Assembly: GCA_015680685.1 (NCBI GenBank)
Contig: MNCI01003484.1
Coordinates: 472,551 to 536,550 of the forward strand
DNA length: 64,000 nucleotides
Source of the DNA: Gnetum montanum
Taxonomy: Eukaryota > Plantae > Gnetophyta
Reading direction: 5' to 3'
In this document: positions 11,800 through 24,800 of the stretch, one piece after another
How the letters are laid out: each line of letters starts with the position of its first letter
How positions within the stretch are numbered: position 1 is the stretch's first letter
The notes under the pieces: model-generated
What the model saw: only the letters and a program-made list of their open reading frames with translations
Told to the model about the DNA's origin: nothing
The model's database searches: none
Translations under genes and position numbers: made by a program

Positions 11800-14700
11800 A
11801 TAGTCATTTGGTTGACCATGTTAACACAAATGCATTGATATAGTAGTCATAAATGCCTATAAATATAAATTCACTTATCATATTTATGACATCCATTAAT
11901 ACACAAGTAAGGAAACTCTCCTCATTTGTGTTTTTAAAACTTAGTAATAGTTAGTGAGTGCTTGCAATGTGGTTAGAAGTGATTGAATAATGTCTTTATT
12001 CAAGTGCACTATATTTGGAAACTATGGATAATAAAAAAATAAATATTGAGATTATTTCTCTCCATCAGCACTTGACTTAGTATTATACTTTATTTTTTGT
12101 GTTCTTTACTTTCCCATCTAATTGGATTAATGTTTACATTTCCATGCATTTTACATAATAATTTACATTCTATCACATAATTAGACTTGGCAGAATGAGT
12201 GCAACTACTTCAAGCATGTATTCACTTGGTAATTTAGTAACGTTAATGCTTGGTTTACCTAGTAGCACTATATTTGGTAATCTTAGTAATGAATGCATGT
12301 GTTTAGGATGTGTTTGATAAGTAATATCAAATACTCATAGCCTTAGGATAGATTAGAGTTTATTTTATTTTATTTAGATTAATTAAAATAAATTTCTATA
12401 TTTTAGTATTATTCGATCATGGTTGCACAACATTAGATATCATATGCCTCAACCATATTTAACCATATGAACTAAGTCCAACATAAGTATAGTTGGGAAA
12501 ATTGTGACTTATAGTTAATACTTATGATTTGTATGGTTAGGCATAGGGACTACATTACCACTCATAATTGATGCTACTATCTAGAAACCTAGATGCACTA
12601 AGAAGATTGGATAAGGGTATGACATCAAGGGGATTTGCTGATTTTTTAGACTTCCACCTGGGATCTTACTAGTTCCATGTTGATATATTATCATTGATGT
12701 CTTTAATTATTTTTGAAAAATATTGTTTTAGGGGAAGGGGTATCAGACCTCAAAAAAAATATTAGTAGTAAGCAAAGAAAATGAAAAGTACATCATACGC
12801 TTGATGTTGAGTAGACATCAACAAAAAACTATATGGGAAAAAAAATTTCTAATTTTAAGACTGTTTACTTAGATGTACAATCTTATAATTGATATATAAA
12901 AAAAAGTGAAGAAAATTTGTTATTAGTAGGGAGAAAGATCCTAGTCCTAGAAAAATTTACATTACTTTTCAACATACATGCTTGAACTTAAAACAGCAAA
13001 AGAAATCGAGATAGAGAGGTGTGCTTAATATTAATATTTATTTAAAGAAAGAAAGTGGTATCACTTGTGGAAGATCTTCAACTTGTCACTTATTATTGAT
13101 TTCATGTCAATAATCATTACCATCAACTACAACTTGCTTATTGACACTTGTTTTAATCTTTGAGTCAACAGTATTATTCTTAGATAAAGAAAATTTTATC
13201 CTATGAGTTTTCTTTTTAGACTCTTAATATTTTCTCTAGTATTAGTAAAAATATACATAGGAACTTTAATCTACTATGGATTCTTTATAACCATTTGATC
13301 ATTCTTATCATTGACATTAACTTTATGGTTCAAATTTATATTTTTTTTCTTATCTTTAATTTTAGGATATTTTTTCTTTTCTTCAGAATCCTTTTTCTTG
13401 AGCAAAAAAGGATAAATGTTAAGCAGATTTTCTTCACAATGAAAAAAGTTACAAGAATTAGAAAGATTATAATATGTAATTGGCTGAATATAAGCATTTT
13501 CTCCTACTTGAAATACCAATTCCTTTTTATGATCGAGAAGGTTGATTTTAACAAAAAAGTGTAAATCAAAATTTTTAGAAATAGACTCTGTATGCTGAAG
13601 AGAACCAAGAAGATTAAGAATTTCCTATTTAGCTTTCTAAAAAATCAATGAAAGATTACATAACTCAAGAAAACATGAAACTTTAGCATATTATTTATAT
13701 TGGACATCAAAATCTGAAGCCCACTTACAAATGATCAACACTGCATACTTATGTATAAAAGATCTTATNTATCTTATATCTACAACATGTTGCATTTTTA
13801 GAGCATTGCCTTAACAAGTAGAAAAAAATAAGAATAATATTTGGGATGAAGGGCTTGAATGTCATGTTTTGTTATCACATCATTTAACTATGAAATGAAA
13901 CTTTGATTATGAGGTAGGTAATCCAAAATTTGAATCAATACATTGTGATGAAAGATTAGTAACCAATAATCAAGAAGAATAAAATTAGGTCTCTTAGTTG
14001 TAGTAACATAAGTAGAAGAAAGTGTCACAACTTTCTTCTCACTAGTTTGTAAATTTGTATTTTAAGAATCAACAAAAATTTTCACATCAATAAAAAAAGT
14101 AGAAATTGCAACATTGGTTGAAGAAGTTAGAAATAATATAAAATCTTCCATAGGAGAATTCTAGAGAAATAAATCCAATAGAGAAAAATTAGATTTGTTT
14201 AAAAATTAAATTTTTTGGAGAAACATTAGATCCACTAAAAAAATTCAAATTCAGTATAGAAATATCAAATCCATTAAATAAAATATGAAATGAAATAAAA
14301 TGAAATGAAGCTTTCTTATGTTTGAAGATCCATAGGATCTATTGGACAGATATTACATTTTCATGAAAAATAAAGATAGACTCTACAAATGGACCAGGCA
14401 CTAATGGGGACATCAAAAAAAAATCACAAAGGTATTTTGTTGTAACATTATAACACTATGTTAAACAAATAATGATAGCATATGAAAGAAACACACGTAA
14501 CTCATCTTGAAGGACTCCTAATATGCATAACCTACAAATACACTCTTCTCAGGGAAGTTGAATCCATATTCCACATGTAATTTTTATAAAAGAAAATATA
14601 AGATTCACTAAAAAAATCAAATTTTCTAAAAATACTTTAGATCCATTGAAAAACATTAGATTTTCTTATTAGCTTAGTATTATGAAAATAATAATTATCT

Positions 14701-16524
14701 ATTTATTATGAAAAATTCCTACAAACTTGTAGTTGGAAATAATTGTTCCCTTGTTATGTCAGTTGAAAGACAGGTGACCCATGCTTGAAGCTACTTCTTT
14801 GATGGAATTACCATTGATTATGAGACTAGAAAGACATGTAATCCATGCTTGAAGATGTTCCTATAAACAATGACTAAGATCAATCACATGAACATCAATG
14901 ATTAATTAATTATTCTAACAACTATAATGCATGTTTTCTAATCTTTTTCTTGTTGAGTGGTATTCTTTTCAATATGGTAGTTGATTGGTCTCATGGTAGT
15001 AGCCCTAAGATGACACAATGTAATGTCACTATAATAAGCATGGACTTGGATTTGAATCCTAACCAATACATATGTTGATCATTTTAATCATGTTCTAAAC
15101 ATGAGATCCATTTTGACCATGATAAGATACTTTATGTTTCCCCTTTTACAATACCTACTATCTTCATTCCAACTTATTACTATGTAAAATTGTTAATTTA
15201 ATCATCTGGTTAGCATACTATAGGATCCTAGCTATGACATTTTCATGTGTATTAGAATAAGAATACAATCCACATTCAATTTTCTAGGTCCATGAACATC
15301 TAGTGAGACGGTTATACAAGGGCATTTTAGGTAAGAGCTTGCTTTGGAAAAGACCCATGTGTAATTATTAGTAATTTCATCGATGGATTAAATCCACACT
15401 TTCTCAAACATTGTGAAACAACTAGTCTGCCATTGTGCTTAATTTACATCCATTTCTCTTAAATATTTCATTTAATTTTATGCTTTTGAAATTTCATAAA
15501 ACCAATGATTCTTTATCAATTTTAAATCTTTGAGATGCACCAAATTCATTATTTCAACATTCCTTGAAGAGTCTCATGATAAGCCTAACATTATTCTCTA
15601 GGCTTAGAACCCTGTGTTGAATCCAAATGTAGTTTAAAAACTATAACACCTTGGTGTTTTAAACCTAGGATCTTAGGTTTATTATCTATTTTCTTATACT
15701 TAGTTCTTAAGCATAAGGTTGTATTTTAATGTAATATTTTCTAATATTATATTATGGCTTATGGTATATGCTAGTATAGTTTAATATTTTGTTATGTTTA
15801 TGCTTATAGTTGTGGATCTTGAGGTATGAATCCTTGACCCCTTGTTCACATGTGTTGATACATTAGGATGTTATAATTGATACATCATGATATATTTTCT
15901 TATAAGCTTGTGTATAATGTATCTTAGAATAGCTCATATATTAGTAACATTCAATCTTTGAACCTCTTGGTAAGTATATATGTTTTATTATGTCTTGATG
16001 ATATGCTTCTTATGGTTTGGACGTTAGGCCTTTCTCTTATTACATATTTAGAAATATTATTATTTTTTATTTTCCTTGTTATTTTTTTGGTATTTGCTCA
16101 TATTTCATGCCTCTTGTGAAGGATAAGTTGGAAGGTGATGATGATCCATTGCTTGTATTTTATAATTAATTAATTAATTTATATTTTTATATTATTCTAA
16201 GGTTTTTGGAATAATGTCAGAATATGATAAAAAGACATGTTAAGTATTTAAAAGGAATTTATTCAAATTATTCTCTTATGTTAATGTTAATTTGGGCATT
16301 AAGAACCTAGTCTTTGAAGATGTGAGTTAATTCCAGTATTTCTTGGTAACATGAATATATGGACATGGTTACTTGGACTCTTTGTGGATACATGTAACTT
16401 TATCTTGGAATTGTTATTTTTGAATTTACCCAATGTTGAATTTTTTTCTCTAAATACTTGGCTAGGTTGGCTCTCTTAGCATCAATTGTGCATCTTGCTT
16501 TCCCCCCCCCTTCACCCACTCTTT

Positions 16525-16602
16525 ATAACAATAAGGTATTAGCCTAGTGATATGATTCTTGATTTGAAAGCTTTAAGTCATGGGTTTGATTCTGATGGGT
16601 AA
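16525..16602 (+). mobile_element. tRNA-derived SINE-like head / tRNA pseudogene
   Basis: Box A tagcctagtga, box B gggtttgattct; second copy at 31233-31311 (-). Confidence 0.6.
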
Positions 16603-16603
16603 T

Positions 16604-18880
16604 CATCATCATCATCCTAGTCTTACTCCAACAAAATGGGATTGGCTACTTGAGTTCTTTTTCATCATTTGCCTTTATGAAGAGCTAAATCTTTGTTTAT
16701 TTGTAATTTCTTCAAAAAATCTTTGATTGTTAGTTCCCATGTCTTATATTATCTTCCTTTTATTGGCTTTCCTTGAATAGTGATGTAGTAACATTTATTT
16801 ATAGGCTCATTGTTTGATCATTTTTGAACATATCTAAGTCATCTAAGCTACTATTCTTGTAGCTTATTTAAAATAAAAGCCACTTCAATTCTTCCTCAGA
16901 TGTCTATGTTATGTATTTTATCTTTTCTAGTAACATTTATCATCCATTAAAACATTCCCATTTATTACATAGTAATTTGTTGTTCATGCTTCTTTTGTGT
17001 AGTCCAACATTCAACACCATATGAGATAGCAAGTTTGATTATTATCCTGTAAAAGTTTTCCTTCAATTTTATTGGTATTATTTTATTACATAGAATACCA
17101 TTGGCTTATCTCCATTTTGATTATCCTACCTCAATTCTATTACTTATATTTTTATAAATTATACCATTTGATTAGAGGATTGATCATATGTAGTGGAACT
17201 ATTTGCAGTGAGGAACTTTTTTTTACCTTGAATTTTCACTTCTATTTCATCACTATTTATAATATTATTAAAATTGCATTCTATATATTATGTCTTACTT
17301 CTACTAATTTTTAAGCCTTTTGATTCTAGAGCATGTTTCTACTTCTTCATTTTAGGAGCAATATTTTCTAAAGCTATATCCACTCATATAATATCATCTA
17401 CAAATAGCACTAACCAAGGGACTTTATCTTATATTTCCTTTTTTAATTCATCCATAATAATGATAAATAAGTACATGCTAAGTGTAGATCCTTGATGTAG
17501 ACCTACTATGACTAGAAAAGTAGATGTTCTTCCATAAGCTATTCTAATTTTAGTGGTGGCTCCTTTGTACATGTCTTGAATCAATTTAATATATTTATTA
17601 AGGATATTTTTCCTTCATAAGGTCCACAAAATAATATTTCTAGGTACTTTGTCATTGCTTTTTCCAAGTCAATAAAGATTATATATAGGTTTTGGTTATG
17701 TTTTCTATATTTCTCCATCAATTATTATATCAAGAAAATAGCATCTATAGTAAATATCCTTAGCATAAATCCAAATTGATTTTTTAACATTGTTGATTTA
17801 AGTTTGAGATACTACTCTATGACTCTTTGATGAATCGCAAAGTTGGGCTACATCGATACATGAGTTGATGTGTTGATGTAGTGTCAGTCCTTACCTATAT
17901 AAATGCATGCACCCACTACATTTATGACATTGTTAAGTCAATAGAGTAGGTAGGTTCTTATAGTTTCATTTTGTAGAAGTTAGAATATTTTCTAAGTGCC
18001 CACAATAAGACTTCAAGGATTGTACGCACCCTTATTCAAGCATCAATATACCTGGACACCTTGATGTGATGGCAATAAAGATAAGATTCTTGAAACTCCT
18101 TGCAATACTCAGAATAGATTTACTTTCAATGAAATTTACTTTTCATGTACTTAGTTAAGATTTACATTTTCATTCATGATAATCAATTGGGAAAATGAGT
18201 GTGACTAGTTTTGAGTGTAAACACATGTTCACTTGGTAATCTTTGTAGCATATTTCTTGGTTTTCCCAGTAGCATAATGCTTGGTAATCCCAATAGTGGA
18301 TACATGAGTTCAGGATGTGTATGACAAGTTGGGAATGGACACTCATTGTCCCTAGGCTAGTTTAGAATTTATCTTCTTATTGTTAATTAAATTAAATAAT
18401 TAGTTTCTATATTATTGTTAAGATTAGTTTAAGGCCACAAAAACATCAATAATCATATGGCTCACTAGACTAAACCATAGATGACAAAGCTACCATTAGT
18501 CCAAGTGGGAAGACATCGTCCTACGATCAATGCTTAACAATCTAGGTGCCACACTAGTTCCATCCACAAAATTCGATTAGATTGCATGTGAACGCTTGTA
18601 ATTCGTATGGTTGGGCGTAAGGGGTACCCACCACTCATCACTCTCCCAAAGCTTTATTATATGGCTTAGAAGCTTAATCCCTCTATTTTCCATAATTTTT
18701 TACATATCCTTTTATTTTTGTAAATGGGAACAATAGAACTTTTTCTCTAATTATTGGACATTTCTCCATCCTTCAAAATTTTCTTAAATAATTTTGTTAG
18801 CCAAGAAGCTCTTGTATTCTCCAATGCTTTCCAAGCTTCTACCAAATAACTCATCTATAAGACTTGATAAGATTTTACAA
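16604..18880 (-). mobile_element. 5'-truncated RTE-clade LINE, degenerate, interrupted by a solo LTR
   Basis: (GAT)n tail at 16604-16615; RT motifs RGIKLLSHIIKLWER, NQFGFM, FIDLEKA, VGLHQGSTLS, LFVDDI, YGVECW on the minus strand. Confidence 0.85.
17828..18640 (+). repeat. Athila-type solo LTR (E) inserted in the LINE
   Basis: TGATGAAT...CTCATCA with flanks ctctt/ctctc (TSD 4/5); LINE RT sequence continues on both sides. Confidence 0.85.
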
Positions 18881-21800
18881 CTAGCTACCAACTTGATGCT
18901 AATTCATTTCCTTTTGTATCTAGTGGATAATGCTAAGTTATATATCTTAGGGGTATACCTATATTACAATTATTTCAAGGTGCCAAAACCTCTCTCTTTC
19001 TCATACTCATGGTTATGCATACCAGATCTATTGGTGGTTGATCTAAATCTAGTGTTTCTTGATGAACCTTTGTTCTCACCTAATCTTTCAAGGTAGAGGA
19101 AATATTTTTTCTTTCATAAATTTTTCAAGTAGCTTTTCTTTGAAACTTGCTCTCCTACTAATCTTTTTTTCCTATTTTGAGAACCATAATTTACTATCTT
19201 CATAATTACCTCTTTTGTTTTTTGATGTTTTGAGCATCTTGTGACATCTTCTCCCTTTGGAAGTGGTAGTAACAACATCTTTAGGTGATAGAATTCTTGC
19301 ATGTTATGTGAAGCAATGTAATGCAAATGACATCTAACATGAATAACAACATTTGAAGGTGACTACTAGCTAATATTTTGGTAATGTATTAGTGCATCCA
19401 AAGTGTTGAAAATCTAAGAGTAGGATTATTGAAGTAGATAAAGTAGGTCTTGCAATGGTAAATTTGACTTCAAGTTGGTCTATTAATCGTAGCTTGGTTA
19501 GTCTTATCATGATGAAGTTAATTTAGAGGATTCTGTTAATCAAGTGGTATGAAGCTTGCATTAAGAAACTTGAGGTGATAGTATGTGCAAGGATCTAGGA
19601 TGGCTATAGGATTGATACTAACCATAACATAATCCAAGAGTTGGATAATCATGAAGGTTGGTCTAGATAGGTGAGGTTTCATACCAAAAAATTCTTGATG
19701 GCTAGTTAAGTTTGAATTAATTTGGTAGCGATTTCAATATATCTCACTCTTTGTCATCCATATTAAGACCAACCATCATCCATATTATGACCAGACATTC
19801 CTACATCACACACTCTGGTAAAATGCATGCATCTTGGGTTGATCTTAGGTTGTAATCTAATTTTTCAAAAATAAAATAAAATAAAATAAATTTTTGTTTC
19901 TAAAATATTTCTCAATTTAGGTGCTAACTTATGTAGGAACAACATGTTTGATGAAGCTAAATGCTTTATGTTAAAAACTCATGAGAAATATTACTAATTG
20001 AGGCTTGCAATATGTTAGTGGTAATCAGTGTATTAACATTAATGTTATGCTTTTGGTTAAAAAATAATTTAATAATTAATGATTTTGATTAATGATTTAT
20101 TAATTGGTTTGCTATTGGTTCTAATAGTGTGCTTTGTAGCATGCACCCAATCTTCTAGCTTATTCCAAGTAGCACCAAGGTGGTTCCCTCTACTGTAAAG
20201 TTGTTCTAGCACTTCCTACCTGTGTTTCATCTAGATTCTAGTTAGAATACCAGGATGAAGTTTCTAGGTGATAGTGAGTATACTAGATTGGATTGCGCAA
20301 GCATTAGTGATTAAGTAATGCATTATGAATAAAGGATTCTAAGTATTGTTATGCTTTTGGAGCCATGTTATGGACTTATAAAATGGCCCATGTGGTTATC
20401 CGTTGTATCTCTTATAAATTTGTATATAGGTATTTATATTTGAAATGTTGGTATAACATTGCATGAATTTTGTTACATGATTATTTTGTATGATTTATTC
20501 AAATATGATTGTAGGATTATAAGATTTTATAATTTTTGTATTGAAGTTTCATAAATGATTTATTTTAAAGATTATGTTTTTTATATGGATTATATGGCTT
20601 TCTAAGTAATTAATTCATGGCCCTTAAGTAATTTCATCATTTTATCTATGGTTAATCTCGGGCTATGACATTTGGTATCAAAGCATGATATTAGATCATT
20701 CATCAAAGTTTTTTTTAAGTCTTACAAGAGGCATTTAAGGAAGATAATGGAAAAGGAAGCTTTTGGAGAGAAGCACTAGGTTTATAAGGGATGGACATAA
20801 TCTCTTGTGATGCTTTCCATATTATTTTAGATGTCCATGCTATAATGAAGTATATTTTTGGATAATAAGTTATTTTTACAAATTAGTGGAAGTATGGAAT
20901 AAAAGTATATATTATAAGAAAGTATATTTTTTAGTTGGTGCATTGTTGGGTACAAATAGAGAATATTTTTTAAAAAAGTATATTTTCTTCCATAATGAGT
21001 TGTATTTTTGGATTGGTGGAATTTTTGTCATAAGAAAGTATATTTTGAAGAGAAATGTTAATATTGGTAAAAATTATGGAATGAAATATAGAGATTCCTA
21101 AATACCAAAAGAAAAAAGAAATAAAATTTGTTAAAATAAGCATCATAAATGGAACTCATTACAAGGTGTTTGGAAAAAATGCATGATCATAAAGCATAGT
21201 ATGAAACATGGTTCATGGTTGTAACTGCATAATGGATGGTTGCTTAACTTAAAATTTTTCAAGGTATTTTGTATTAAAAGATTAAAAAGTATTATGGGTT
21301 TCAACCTTGGAGGTACGGTTGCATGTGATAGTGTGTGGGTTTGCTTTGGAGTGATAAGATCTTATTTTTCTATCTTTAAGAACAAAGATTCCTTAAACAA
21401 TGGGAATGTGCAACACCTTAGTATTTCAAACATGGGATCTTAGATTTGTTATTTATTTTCTTATGCTTAGTTATTGAGCATAATGCTATATTTTAATGTA
21501 ATATTATCTAATATTATATTATGGCTGGTTAATATTTCTTAGTCAATGTAGTAGTGTTAATGCATGAACAAAAATCTATACATATTACATGCTCCTTATC
21601 CATTTTTTTTATCATGTTCACTTTGCACAAGAGGATTTTTGGGTGATTTCTAGAGCAGTGAACCTTCAAAGACTGATAACTTGAGGTCAAGTCATTTCTT
21701 TGAGCTTATTTAAGACTTGTAAGCTTTTGGGGGTTGTTAGAACATGATTCTTAAAATTTGCTAACTCCTAGATTTTAAATAACTAAGGTAATTGATCGTA

Positions 21801-24800
21801 AAAATAATTAATTTTAATTTTTAATTAGATGATTTAGTTACATTAAGATCTGTCAAATATTAAATTGCAATCACCTAAGGGCTTAAACATTTAGTTTTTT
21901 TTTTTTGGAAATCATGCATGCACCCAAGGCTAATAAAGAATTAAATCATTATAAACCATTTTAGATCTAATAGTTATTCTTGGGATGATAGTAGATGGTA
22001 CCTAAATGCATTCTGAAGGTTGGAGGCCCATCTCAACCATTAGAAAAAAGATCAAGAGATGAATGTGAAAGAGGACGTGGGTAGAAACTGCAACAACAAG
22101 AGTTCCATCCAATAGGACTGGTAAGGAGAGAGCCAAGTGTCTAATCAATTAGAAAAATTTTCATTGTGTAGATAGGGTAATATGTATAGGGTAAGGCATC
22201 TCAACCATAGAAAAATGCATAGATGATCTTTACACATGCATGCCTAGCTAAAATCAAGGAGAAAGAGGTCTATGGTGTGATCTCACTGAAGCTTAATTTT
22301 GGATCATTCTTGGAGTTTTCTTCCTGACAACTGTGTAAAGACTTATAAGCCTCTTCCCTTTGGTCCATCCTCTTAATCTATGGGAAGTGGTACTTAGGAG
22401 ATACTTACTAGAAAAGTACCCAAATATTTAAGTGTTGCAGTGAACTTTCTTATCACATTAAAGCATGGGGATGAAGTAACTATGATTTTAATGTTATACA
22501 AAGGATAGGAAACCATTGCAAAATTTATAATGGATTATATTAGGGAATATTTAAGGGTCCTTGCAACACTAATCCCAAAATTTTTTATAACCCTAAACAT
22601 TCAAGTATTTGTTAGGACTAGATTTAAGGAAAGAAGGGTCAATGAGTGTGGAATAAAATGAAGTGCTAGATAGATTGGTTAATGCTGGTTTAGCAATTTC
22701 AATTATCTTTGACATTCATAAAGATGTCACTACTGTAGAGTTTGTGCTTATCACCATCAAGGGAAAGATAGCCATTTTTGAAATCTAGATTTAGCAATTT
22801 CAATTATTGAACAAGAAATTGCAAGATAAAAGTACATAACTTAATGCCCAACTAGTAGATCCTATAATCCATTAGCTTAGCTAGTTCCATGATGATGCCA
22901 TCAATAAGCTAGAGGCTAAGCAATAATAAGATGAGAGGGAGAAAGAAAAAGTTACATGAAATGCATCCTATATTGATGCTAAGGCCTATACATTTTAAAA
23001 GAACACCATCACGTTAGTGAAGAAGAATGAAGGCCTTGCCATAAAAAACATGAGATTTTGAAACATAGTTTGAGAAAAGAATTAGATAGAGGATAATCTA
23101 AAGCATATGCAAGGGCAATTGACATATGTAAATGCAAACATCCATAAATTGACAACTGAAAACTAAAACCTTTCAATGAAATAGATCAAGGCTATTTAAC
23201 AGAAATCAACCATTGATATTAAAACATGGAAAAATGAGACCACTAACCATAAGAAGATTAAGAATCATTATTGAGATCAAGTTGGCCTTCAAAAAGAAAT
23301 CAATGAAAAGAAGATCTAGAGAGACAAGATCAAACTAAATGTTGTTGTGTAGAAACTCCCACATTTGAATTAGTATTTTATCTTTGATGGGATCAATGCC
23401 ATCAAACAAGCTAAGCTCAAAACTAGAGAGCTTCAAATAGAAGATATGACTAAGTACATAGAGTTAGCTAATCCACAATATACTAATCTTGTAATGCTCA
23501 TAGTAAGTAGGCTGGAAGATAAGTTAGAAAAGTAAGAGGTAGCCATGTTTTCATTGTATGAACATGAACACTGGATCCATAATGAGGTCTTAAAAAAGCT
23601 ACAAATTACCAAAATGGAGCTAGAGGTCTTAGAAGCTAGAGGTGACAAAGAACTTTCCCAATAAGGTGACATACTACCAAGACTTGTAGAAATAAATGAA
23701 AGTATTGGAAGTAGAACATACTAATTTTATGGCTTGGCTTGTCAATGCCCATGAAATATTTTCAAGCTTATCATGTCCATGGAAGGTACCAAAAATGTCA
23801 ACCTTGGTCAATATAGCCTAGACAATTAATGATCCTAAGATGAAAAAGAAGAAAATAAGATCCTTAATTAAGGAATTTATTATAAGAAGTGTAGTAACAT
23901 GATCAGTAATAGGAACCACTTAGGAATGAGGAGCATTCATCTTTAGAGATAACCTAATGTATCTATCTTGCAAGTGTTTGTAATTTTGCACTTTTTGTAA
24001 AGCTAATGTGTCAAAACTTTTTCATTCTTTCATGTCATCAAGTTACTTAAATAATTTTTGTAAGTAACAGTCAATTTTTTTAATTCTTGTAGTTTGTCAA
24101 GTGCTCACTCTCATAATTTTGAAAACAAACTCTCTTCCACTTTTAATTAACTCAAGGATGATTAATTAGTTAGTTGTAGAGGTATGATGAATACTCTTTT
24201 TGTTGGATACATTGATGTAACTATGTTGTTTATGTATCCCATGATGTGTTGACATAGTAGTTAGAAATGCCTATAAATATGAACCCACATATTATATTTA
24301 TAACACCCATTAATGCATAAGCAGGAAAATGTTTTTTAGTTTTTTTTTCATGATACTTAGTAATAGTCAATAAGTGCTTATAGTGTAGTTAGAAGTGATT
24401 GAAAAAAGTATTTATTTGAGTTCAATTTACCTAGATATTTGCATGATTAGAAATAAATATTGAGATTATTTCTTTCCATTTTAGTACTTGAGTTAGCATT
24501 AGACTTTATTTTCCATGTTCTTTACTTTCACATGTAATTATATTAATGTTTGCATTTTCATGTACTTAGTGCAATAATTTACATTTTATTGCATGATTAA
24601 ACTTGACGGAATGAGCATGCTCATTTTGAGTGTAACATATAGTCACTTAGTAACTCAATAAAATTAATGCTTGGTTTGCCTAGTAACACTACATTTGGTA
24701 ATTTTAGTAGTGAATGCATAGGTTTAGGATGTGTACGATAAGTGGAATTAGATACTCATCATCTTAGGATAAATTAGAATTTAATTTGTTATAATTTAGA

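Larger units (their letters stand above)
15642..21545 (+). mobile_element. Non-autonomous Tekay/chromovirus-like LTR element (interrupted 5' LTR 15642-20670, ~0.7 kb internal region, truncated 3' LTR from 21409)
   Basis: t(a/g)(t/c)aacacctt...ggatcttag...tattttaatgtaatatt shared by 15642 and 21409; LTR end ...ggctatgaca followed by tRNA-Met PBS TGGTATCAAAGC (20673-20684); PPT-like sequence before 21409. Confidence 0.55.

Noticed and set aside
13274-13564. Hydrophobic or Lys-rich short ORFs in AT-rich DNA (also 17072, 20886, 21240)
   Set aside because: Composition-driven, with no recognisable domain; several lie antisense to the LINE or inside LTR relics.
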